DNA from: Candidatus Krumholzibacteriia bacterium
GTDB lineage: Bacteria; Krumholzibacteriota; Krumholzibacteriia; WVZY01
Length of the DNA stretch: 50,319 bases
Assembly: GCA_036478295.1 (NCBI GenBank)
Contig: JAZGDW010000297.1
Span: 1-50,319 of the forward strand
Direction: 5' to 3'
Both the position numbers and the translations under genes were made by a program. Below the pieces are notes generated by a model, which did no database searches, was not told where the DNA came from, and saw only the letters and a list, made by a program, of their open reading frames with translations. Below are positions 10,371 to 18,068 of the stretch, piece after piece. How positions within the stretch are numbered: position 1 is the first letter of the stretch; each line of letters opens with the position of its first letter.

Positions 10371-10416
10371 GATTCGCCCTTTTGCCACCTTCGCTTGTCC
10401 AATACAGGCCGACATC

Positions 10417-10797
10417 TTATTCTGGCCTGATACAACAGCCCTCATGGTCGAGCACGCCTTCGTTGGGAATGGTGCCCTCCAAACGCCCGAGGTAGAAACC
10501 GGGATTCTTCCGGAACACGTCATGGCAGTACGGGCAGCGGCAGAAGTACATTTCCTCTTCAGCAATCTTCAATTTCACTGCGTGGTCTTTCGGTTTCTCA
10601 GCCAGGCAGGTTGGACATACAATCAAATCGTTCGATTCTTGAAGGTACTTCTCGGGATCGGTGCCGAATACGTCCATGCATCCATCACAACAGAAGTGGT
10701 GTTCTTCACCGCCGTGGCTGTGGACAACTGACTTGTCTTTGCTGATCCCGAGCCTTACCAGGGAACAGCCGCAGGTAGGACAGATAGGTGTTTCCAT
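10417..10797 (-). CDS. Tandem YHS/TRASH-like Cys-rich metal-binding protein
   Basis: CPTCGC...HFCCDGC...F..DPEKY and CPTC...YFCRCPYC...F..NP; vicinal CC near the C-terminus; AAGGAAG RBS before ATG 10797. Confidence 0.75.
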   Translation of the reverse strand: METPICPTCGCSLVRLGISKDKSVVHSHGGEEHHFCCDGCMDVFGTDPEKYLQESNDLIVCPTCLAEKPKDHAVKLKIAEEEMYFCRCPYCHDVFRKNPGFYLGRLEGTIPNEGVLDHEGCCIRPE

Positions 10798-10921
10798 TTG
10801 GTCACTTCCTTTTCTATGCGCCGGTTCCGCCACCGCTCCAGATCACAGATGATACCTTTGCCAACGGTGGGAACGGAAACGAAGGTCGAAGAATGCAGCA
10901 AACGCTTCGACTTGCCTGAGC

Positions 10922-11440
10922 CTAGAACTTGAGATATACCGTGGTTGCTCTCCTGTGCTGCAACATTTCCGCCAAAGTAATCGGCTCAACAAAGCTTAGA
11001 ATGTTTTCCCTCCCTTTGACGCTCTTTTCCACTTCCGTCAAAGCATTCCAAAAGCCATTGGTCGTAATTCGTGCGCCTTCCTCTTGTAGTTGCTGGAGAT
11101 ATTCCTGGTAATTCGCAGGAAGCGCGGCACGGTCACCGCCGAAGGTTTCTAGCAACAGATCGTTTATTCGTTCCGGCAGGGGGTAGAGCCCGAGATCGGT
11201 CTTGCCCGGCTCCCACTGCTTGATGCCCCATGTGGCTTCCTGGTCGAAGAATATTTCTACTTTGTCACCGCTACGCAGCGCCTGACGGGAGGCATTGAAG
11301 GCTACACACACGGGCCCGTCATCTTCCTTGAAGTTCGCCGTCAAATGAATAAAGACGGATTCCGCAGCGAAGGATGCCCCTGCCGAAGTCAGCAACAAGA
11401 ACGCTGCCACAAAGGCTATTAGAACCCCACGTCTTACCAT
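10922..11440 (-). CDS. Exported DsrE-like protein
   Basis: Signal peptide (ASFA/A); VFIHLT...PVCVAF.A...G.KVEIFFDQEA...L...GARI pattern resembles the DsrE/DsrF fold. Confidence 0.55.
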   Translation of the reverse strand: MVRRGVLIAFVAAFLLLTSAGASFAAESVFIHLTANFKEDDGPVCVAFNASRQALRSGDKVEIFFDQEATWGIKQWEPGKTDLGLYPLPERINDLLLETFGGDRAALPANYQEYLQQLQEEGARITTNGFWNALTEVEKSVKGRENILSFVEPITLAEMLQHRRATTVYLKF

Positions 11441-11530
11441 TCTCCCATCTCTCCTCTCTCTTGAATCTGTGACGCGACATAACAACTTGCGAAACTGCTT
11501 AGGATCGGATGTACCAGTCAGTTAGAGTAT

Positions 11531-11557
11531 ACACCCGGTGTTCATCAAACCGGGGGT
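11531..11557. promoter_or_regulatory. Imperfect dyad next to a minus-strand TATACT, candidate metalloregulator operator
   Basis: ACACCCGGT-N9-ACCGGGGGT (8/9 arms) abutting AGTATA, which is TATACT on the minus strand; lies between divergent metal-related genes. Confidence 0.35.
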
Positions 11558-11764
11558 TAGACGAATGGGCCTCAAAAAAAGATTGGAACCTTGCACCTAC
11601 GTTCAGGGCTTATGCTAGGTGTAGAGGCCATGACGGCCAGCGTCCGGAGCGCCTGTTGGGCTATCGAGCAGTTCACGGCGTACTTGCACGGGGTGGTTTT
11701 TGAAGATATCTTTCTCGGGTTGGCAAGAAGCCCCGATTTGTTTGCGGGATGGAAAGGAATCGCA

Positions 11765-12301
11765 ATGAAAAGCAAAACAGTGGTCGCGGTGGCAACCTTG
11801 CTCGCTGCCTCTTTCGCCATGGTTTCGACGGCCGTGGCCCAGATCTCAACGGTCACGGTGCGCGTGGACGGGCTCGCGTGTCCTTTCTGCGCCTACAGCC
11901 TCGAGAAGCACATCAAAGCGATTGACGGTACGAAGGACCCGGTCATTAATATCGAACAAGGTATCGTTACCCTGACACCGGTCGGCGACAAGACCGTCGA
12001 CTTCGATGCGGTGCGCGAGGCGGTGAAGCAAGCCGGTTTCACTCCGCGCGAGATAGTTGTCGAAGGTGTCGGCCGCATGGAGACCATTGGCGGACGGGCC
12101 ACCCTCATTGCTGAGGACGGCAGGGAGTTGTTCGTGCTGGCCGCGAACGATGTGCTCGCGGGCCTGGAGGAGGGGCGGAGGGAAGTGGTCACCTTCAGAG
12201 GTACGGTGGCTCCGCGGCGCAAGGACGATGACCGATCAACGCTGAGAACGCTGACCCTGCTTTCGGCGACGCCGGCCGCGAAAGGCGAGGTCAAAAAGTG
12301 A
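11765..12301 (+). CDS. Exported heavy-metal-associated (HMA, MerP/CopZ-like) domain protein
   Basis: Signal peptide, then VRVDGLACPFCAYSLEK...AVKQAGF; AAGGA RBS before ATG 11765. Confidence 0.85.
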   Translation: MKSKTVVAVATLLAASFAMVSTAVAQISTVTVRVDGLACPFCAYSLEKHIKAIDGTKDPVINIEQGIVTLTPVGDKTVDFDAVREAVKQAGFTPREIVVEGVGRMETIGGRATLIAEDGRELFVLAANDVLAGLEEGRREVVTFRGTVAPRRKDDDRSTLRTLTLLSATPAAKGEVKK

Positions 12302-13200
12302 CCATCCTGCAAGAGCGCCTTCTCGCTCCCCTGGTGTTTTGCCTGTTTGCCATCCTGCCAGCGGCCAGCAGTGCCCAGGGACCGCCCATTAACACGGATA
12401 CGCCGATCATGTTGGGCATCGAGGGCCGAGGGTTCCGGTCCTTCCTGAAGGTCGTGCGCATGGACGAGCTACTCCGGGACGGCGACGAGATCCCGGATTT
12501 GATGGATCGTTCGGTAACAGTGTTTATGTACCCGATTGCGCTACCGTACAATCTTACACCGACAACCCAAATCGGCGTGATCGCCCCATTCCTCACCAAG
12601 GATGTGGAGTCGAACGCCGGCGACGACTCCAGGTCCGGGTTCGGCGATGCCACCGTTTTTGTCAAGAAACTGATCGTGCAGGTGGATCGCAGATTGGAGA
12701 CCTTCCGCGTCGCCGTCAAGGCCAGCGCGAAGTTGCCGACGGGAGATGACGAGGGAGCGCTGGCACTCGGCACCGGCTCCTTCGACTATGGATTCAGCGC
12801 CGTCGCCGGCTGGATCAAGGCGCGCTGGGGACTCTACGGAGAAACGATCTACGTGATCAACACATCGGACAGCGGTGTCGACTTTGGCGATCGCTTCAGT
12901 TACAACACCGCGATCGGTTACCGGTTGCTTCCCAAGCGCTACACCCGCTACCCGCAACCCCAGCTCAACCTGTTCCTCGAGCTGAACGGGAACGTGGTCG
13001 GACGCAGTGACATAAACGGAGTGGAGAATCCGGATTCGGGGGGGGCAATTCTGTTCTTATCACCCGGGGTACAGTATGTCGGCGGCCGGCGCTGGCTCAT
13101 CGAGGCATCGGTGCAGGTGCCGATCCTCGACGAACCGAACGGAACCCAACTCGGCACCGGCTGGGCGGCAAGCCTCGGAACGAGGTTGCTGGTTTTCTAA
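12298..13200 (+). CDS. Outer-membrane beta-barrel transporter-like protein (MetA/phenol-degradation family-like)
   Basis: Signal peptide; SGFGD, KLPTG, LGTGSFD, LFLSPGVQY, C-terminal Phe; GTGA overlap with the HMA gene. Confidence 0.7.
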   Translation: MTILQERLLAPLVFCLFAILPAASSAQGPPINTDTPIMLGIEGRGFRSFLKVVRMDELLRDGDEIPDLMDRSVTVFMYPIALPYNLTPTTQIGVIAPFLTKDVESNAGDDSRSGFGDATVFVKKLIVQVDRRLETFRVAVKASAKLPTGDDEGALALGTGSFDYGFSAVAGWIKARWGLYGETIYVINTSDSGVDFGDRFSYNTAIGYRLLPKRYTRYPQPQLNLFLELNGNVVGRSDINGVENPDSGGAILFLSPGVQYVGGRRWLIEASVQVPILDEPNGTQLGTGWAASLGTRLLVF

Positions 13201-13231
13201 TCGGGAATGTGACGTCGAGGGAGAATGGCAC

Positions 13232-14158
13232 ATGCGAAACCGCCGCGTGAGCTTCATGGTGTTGGCCGGATTGCTCGCAATCGGGGCGGGTTGTACCGGC
13301 GTGGAAGCTCCGTACACTATTGTTGCTTCGTGGCGAACGGCATCGAGTCCGTCAGATTCGCTACGTGAGCCGATGGGTATTGCCGTGGGCACAGACGGCT
13401 TTGTTTACGTCGCCGACGCACGGTCGTCACGCGTGGTCAAGTACACGGTGGAGGGACATTACGTGGGCGCATGGGGCGGTTCCGGTCGAGAACCGGGTGC
13501 GCTCTCCCGTCCTGTCGATGTCGCCGTGGGCGACGATGGTCGCGTCTACGTCGCGGACTTCGATCTCGACCGGGTCGTCGTGTTCACAGCCGACGGGGAA
13601 TTCGTTACCGCCTGGGGGTCCCCCGGCGATGCCCCAGGACAGCTTTCCTCGCCATCGGGTATCGCCACTGGCCCCGGCGGGGCACTCTACGTGTCCGAAT
13701 TCCAGAACCATCGTATACAGGTGTTTGATAAAGATGGCGGGATGCTGAGGATTCTCGGCCTGGAAGGTCACCGGGATGGCCAGTTGCACTATCCAACGGA
13801 CGTGGCGTTCGATCGATCGGGCTACATGTACGTGGCAGACGCGTACAACTACCGCGTTCAGAAGTGGTCCCCCGATGGGCATCCGCTCTCCGTTTGGGGT
13901 AGTCAAGGGAGCGCTGACGATCAATTCGAGGTTCCGAGCGGCATTGCTGTGGATGATCGTGGCACCGTGTACATTGCCGACAGCGGCAATCACCGGTTGG
14001 TAGTACGAGACAAGAACGGTGTCGTGGTTACGATTTGGGAGCTGCCGACCGGTGCTCACCCGGAGATCAATTCACCCACCCGTGTCGTTGTCTCGAAAAA
14101 CAGGATTTACCTGGCAGACACTGCGAACGGCCGCATCCTGGTGCTTTCTCGTTCTTGA
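13232..14158 (+). CDS. NHL-repeat beta-propeller lipoprotein
   Basis: Lipobox-like AIGAGC; six P.GIAV..DG.VYVAD..N.RV repeats. Confidence 0.9.
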   Translation: MRNRRVSFMVLAGLLAIGAGCTGVEAPYTIVASWRTASSPSDSLREPMGIAVGTDGFVYVADARSSRVVKYTVEGHYVGAWGGSGREPGALSRPVDVAVGDDGRVYVADFDLDRVVVFTADGEFVTAWGSPGDAPGQLSSPSGIATGPGGALYVSEFQNHRIQVFDKDGGMLRILGLEGHRDGQLHYPTDVAFDRSGYMYVADAYNYRVQKWSPDGHPLSVWGSQGSADDQFEVPSGIAVDDRGTVYIADSGNHRLVVRDKNGVVVTIWELPTGAHPEINSPTRVVVSKNRIYLADTANGRILVLSRS

Positions 14159-14238
14159 TCGCTTCATACCGCCCCAGGTGCAGGCGTCGATCCAAAGAGA
14201 CTGATTTATGGACAAGGGCAGGGATCCCTGCGCCTCTA

Positions 14239-14934
14239 CTACAAACCGGCGGCGTCGGCCAGCTCGGCCAGGCTCGCCACTTCGAGATCGGGGGTGGCGT
14301 CAGAAGGCGGCGTGGCGCCGGGGCCCTTCTCGCCCGTGCGCCGGTTCACCCACACCGTTTGGAGACCGAGCTTCCTGGCCGGAGCGATATCGTGGTAGCG
14401 GCTCTGGGCCACGTGCAGGATCGCTTCTTTTGGCTGCCCGATACGCTCGAGCGCGAACTCGAACATGCGTGGCGACGGCTTGTACGCGCCCGATTGTTCG
14501 GCGGTGACCACCCAGTCGAACGCCACATCGAGGTGCACGGCCGACGCCGCGAAGAGGTGATCGTCGATGTTCGAGATGATCGCGAGCTTGTATTTCTTCT
14601 TCAATCGCTTTAGCGCGGCGACCGTGTCGGGAAACGGCCGCCAGTCCTTGATCGACGATACAACGGCACGACGCTCGTCGTCAGCGAGATCGATCCCGAA
14701 ACTCCCGCCCATCCCCGCCATCGCCTCTTCGACAAGCAGCTGATAGCGCATGTACTCGTCCGCCTCCAGTGCCGCTTCCATCTGCGCGTACATCTCGAGA
14801 ATGGCCTGGTCATCCACACCCGCGCCGTGCGTTTCGAGCACCGGACGCACAGCTTTCAGGATCCCGCTTTCCCAATCGATCAGGGTGCCGTAGCAATCGA
14901 ATGTCAGCACATGGTAGCGATCGAAGTTCAGCAT
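14239..14934 (-). CDS. Haloacid dehalogenase type II (HAD superfamily)
   Basis: FDCYGTLIDWE, ISNID, YKP, LHVAQSRYHDI. Confidence 0.9.
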   Translation of the reverse strand: MLNFDRYHVLTFDCYGTLIDWESGILKAVRPVLETHGAGVDDQAILEMYAQMEAALEADEYMRYQLLVEEAMAGMGGSFGIDLADDERRAVVSSIKDWRPFPDTVAALKRLKKKYKLAIISNIDDHLFAASAVHLDVAFDWVVTAEQSGAYKPSPRMFEFALERIGQPKEAILHVAQSRYHDIAPARKLGLQTVWVNRRTGEKGPGATPPSDATPDLEVASLAELADAAGL

Positions 14935-14982
14935 TTCGCGACTCTTTCCTCTTCTAAGGCGCCCCGGCTGCCAGTTGACATC

Positions 14983-16014
14983 CTATGACTCCTCGTTATC
15001 CGTAAACAAATCGAACTGCTCGCCGTCCCGTGGCGCGTCGCCGTCCCGTGGCGCGTCGCCGTCCTGTGACGCCTCGCCGCCCTCGCCTTTTTGCGGCGTC
15101 TCGATGTCACCGTTCTTCAACAACGCCAGAAACCGCTCGACGGTCACTGGCGCGCTGCCTTCGAAATGGTTGTTCACGTTTACAAAGGTGCCGATCTTGC
15201 GCTTCATGTTGGCGCGCACGATCCGCACGGCCGCCTGCAGCCCCCGAGGTTTGGGCGCCACGATGCGGTTCCATATCTCGCCGGTCTGCTTTTCGATCTC
15301 GAGGCGGTCTCCCCCGTGCAGGCGGATCACAGAATGGGCGGCCGTTGCGGGCTGGAAACGATCGAACACGGTATCGATCGGCGGCATGTGGTAGCCCTCC
15401 AGGTACACGAAGCCAATCCCGTTTCCGGCAAGCGCCTCGAAAAAACGCTGCGAGAGGTACCCGGGGTTACGGATCTCGATCGAGTAATCGAAACCCCGCG
15501 GTGCTTTCGTGATGAACTCACCGAAGCGCTCGAGAAACACCTCGCAAGACGGCATCTTGCTCCGGCTCAGATACTCGAACTGGAACATGATCGGCCCGAT
15601 CTTGTCGCCCAGCGGCGCGAGTAGGCCAAGAAACCGCTCGAGCAGCTCGTTGTCCAGAAAATAGATGTTGGGGCGTCCGGCAAATTCGACGTGGTGCCTG
15701 GGCTGCCGTGCGTAGAAGTGGGTGAGGGTCAGCGCGTTCGGTGCTTTGATGGTGAACTTGAAATCGTCCGGTACCGACGTCGCATAGGTGGACACCGTCC
15801 GCGGCTCGGGCAGCCTCACGCCGCCGGGGAAGAGAGACCAGAACCACTGGTCGACTTCGACGGAGTCGAGGTATCTCGCGTAGTCGGCCAGGTAGTCATC
15901 GGCGTGATACCTCGTACCGGCATCGTAGTAGAGGCCCTTCCACGAATCGTATTTCCACGAACACGTTCCGATACGAAGGTACGGCCGGTAAGGAGCGGGA
16001 ATATCGATGCGCAT
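14983..16014 (-). CDS. DUF72 family protein
   Basis: RIGTCSWKY..W.G, SVEVD, FKFTIKA, QF, EIRN, IRLHG, NNHFEG; GGAGG RBS before ATG 16014. Confidence 0.88.
   Translation of the reverse strand: MRIDIPAPYRPYLRIGTCSWKYDSWKGLYYDAGTRYHADDYLADYARYLDSVEVDQWFWSLFPGGVRLPEPRTVSTYATSVPDDFKFTIKAPNALTLTHFYARQPRHHVEFAGRPNIYFLDNELLERFLGLLAPLGDKIGPIMFQFEYLSRSKMPSCEVFLERFGEFITKAPRGFDYSIEIRNPGYLSQRFFEALAGNGIGFVYLEGYHMPPIDTVFDRFQPATAAHSVIRLHGGDRLEIEKQTGEIWNRIVAPKPRGLQAAVRIVRANMKRKIGTFVNVNNHFEGSAPVTVERFLALLKNGDIETPQKGEGGEASQDGDAPRDGDAPRDGEQFDLFTDNEES
15020..15079. repeat. 18-bp tandem repeat (3.3 copies) in the DUF72 C-terminal tail
   Basis: TCGCCGTCCCGTGGCGCG twice, TCGCCGTCCTGTGACGCC, TCGCCG; encodes (A-P/S-R/Q-D-G-D/E)n. 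Confidence 0.9.
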
Positions 16015-16045
16015 GTCGCCTCCCCTGGGCACCGGTCGGTCTGGA

Positions 16046-17041
16046 TCAGCCGAACGTAAGAACAATCTTGCCGATGTTCTCGTTGTTCTCCATGCGTGCG
16101 GTCGCCCGGCGGATATCCTCTATGGGATACACGGAATCGATCACACTATTCAACCGCCCTTCGGCGAACAGCGGCAGCACCTGGCGCTCGAATTCACGGG
16201 CGACCTCCGCCTTCTCCGGCCCGCTCCTCGGCCGCATGACGGTTCCCATGATGTGAAGACGTTTCGACATGAGCGGGGCCAGCGGGGTTCGCGCGTCGGA
16301 GCCCCCCAGCCGTCCCACCAGGATCAGTCGTCCTCGGGGACCGAGCAGCGCGAGATTGCGCTCCCAATAGGCCGCGCCCACGACATCGAGGACGACGTCG
16401 ACGGCGTCCCGGCCGAACTCCTTTTCGACCGCTTCCTTGAAGTCCGTCTCCCGGTAGTTGATGCCAAAAAACGGTGCAAGCTTTGATACTTTGCCCAATT
16501 TATGGCGGCTGCCCGTGGTGCCGATCGCCCGCGCCCCCCAGGCGTGAACGAGCTGCACCGCCGCCGTGCCGACGCCACTGGCCACGGCGTGGATCAACAC
16601 GAGTTCACCGGACTGCATGTGCGACTGCAGCACCAGCGCGTCGAAGGCGGTCATGAACGCCTCGGGGACCGCCGCCGCTTCCTCGTCACCCAGCCCCGCC
16701 GGAACCTCCGCGACCAGGTCCTGGTGTGTTACCACCTGGCTGGCGCATCCGCCGCCGGGGACGATACCGAAGACGCGCTCGCCCCCGGACCAGCGTGTCA
16801 CTCGCTCACCCATCTGATCGATGTGACCGGTGAACTCGAGGCCGGGGATGTCGCGCACATATGCGGGAGCATTCGCGGGCGCTGGGTACAGGCCGCGCCG
16901 CTGCAGCAGGTCGGCACGATTGAGCGCCGTCGCCGTTACCGCTACGCGAACCTCCTCGCCGGTCGCCTCGATATCGGGCCGTTCTTCGAGAACGAGATTC
17001 TCGAGGGCTTCACCGTGCTCTTTGATAACGACGCACCTCAT
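16046..17041 (-). CDS. NAD(P)H:quinone oxidoreductase (MDR family, PIG3-like)
   Basis: LNRADLLQRRGLYP, PGLEF.G, AAAVPEAFMTA, HAVASGVGTAAVQL, GKIVL. Confidence 0.92.
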   Translation of the reverse strand: MRCVVIKEHGEALENLVLEERPDIEATGEEVRVAVTATALNRADLLQRRGLYPAPANAPAYVRDIPGLEFTGHIDQMGERVTRWSGGERVFGIVPGGGCASQVVTHQDLVAEVPAGLGDEEAAAVPEAFMTAFDALVLQSHMQSGELVLIHAVASGVGTAAVQLVHAWGARAIGTTGSRHKLGKVSKLAPFFGINYRETDFKEAVEKEFGRDAVDVVLDVVGAAYWERNLALLGPRGRLILVGRLGGSDARTPLAPLMSKRLHIMGTVMRPRSGPEKAEVAREFERQVLPLFAEGRLNSVIDSVYPIEDIRRATARMENNENIGKIVLTFG

Positions 17042-17050
17042 CGCAGAAGC

Positions 17051-17770
17051 CTATTTGGGATTCGTCGGCCGGATGTCAATCTCGCTCACCATGGCTCTTT
17101 GTGGCAGGCGCATCATATGAATGACGCTCTCCGCCACGTCATCCACGTGCAGCATGCTGTCGAGCCGTTCCTGCGACACATCCGTGTGCGCATCAAAGAA
17201 ATCCGTCCGTACCGACCCCGGGCAAATGGCGAGCACGCGGACGCCGTTATCTCTTTCCTCTAGCATCAGACAACGGCTGAAGCCGAGTACGGCGTGCTTG
17301 GTTGCGGCGTAGCCACCGCCGTGTTTGAAATGATTCTTGCCCGCGATCGAGGCAACGTTCACCACGATCGATTCTCCCGCCTTACGAAGGTGAGGCAGGC
17401 TCTCGCGCGTCGCGATAAAAAGTCCGCGTACATTCAGATTGAACATGTCATCCCAATCACTCGTGGGAAATTCACCGATCGTGTGAAACTTACCGATGCC
17501 CGCGTTATTGACGAGAATATCTAGTTTGCCAAATGCCTTGGCCGCGCCCGTGACAAACGCCTGGATGTCCGCTTCGACCGCCATATTGCCGACGAACGGA
17601 AACGCTTCCACGCCGCAGGCACGGATCTGGGCCGCCGTTTCTTCGACCGCTTCCGGCGTGCGGGCCGCGATGCCCACACGCACGCCCTCCTTGGCGAGCG
17701 CCAGCGCGATGGCGCGGCCGATTCCTTTACTGCCTCCGGTAACAATCGCCGCTTTTTGTTTCAATTCCAT
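17051..17770 (-). CDS. Short-chain dehydrogenase/reductase
   Basis: TGGSKGIG, NNAG, S...YAATK. Confidence 0.93.
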   Translation of the reverse strand: MELKQKAAIVTGGSKGIGRAIALALAKEGVRVGIAARTPEAVEETAAQIRACGVEAFPFVGNMAVEADIQAFVTGAAKAFGKLDILVNNAGIGKFHTIGEFPTSDWDDMFNLNVRGLFIATRESLPHLRKAGESIVVNVASIAGKNHFKHGGGYAATKHAVLGFSRCLMLEERDNGVRVLAICPGSVRTDFFDAHTDVSQERLDSMLHVDDVAESVIHMMRLPQRAMVSEIDIRPTNPK

Positions 17771-18068
17771 GGGTTTCTGATCTCCCGGCTAATGGTGTGG
17801 TGAAGCGCCGCGCCCGGGTATGGGCTCCTGTCATCGAATCGCCTGGCCGCCGCCGGTTTTGTTTCGCACCACGAGCCCTGCATCGCTCCCGGCCAGGCAA
17901 ATTCGTCCCAGGACGTTCATACGGGCAACATTCTTGCTGGAGTGATCACCTACCCCGTTTGCTTTTCTCCAACGTGCAGAGCACGGGTGACCCAGGCAAC
18001 GGGGTAAACGTATTGTTTTCCCAAGTTTTTCTATATAATAGAGGGCAAGCGAGAGCCATTCAAGGAAT

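Noticed and set aside
10329-10565. 78-aa ORF-track call ending at TGA
   Set aside because: Artefact: only its last 13 codons are real, being the N-terminus of the UGA-readthrough glutaredoxin; the rest overlaps the YHS gene in another frame
8159-17882. Shared 13-mer CACGAGCCCTGCA at 8159 and 17870
   Set aside because: An isolated match with no collinear flanking similarity; plausible by chance in GC-rich DNA
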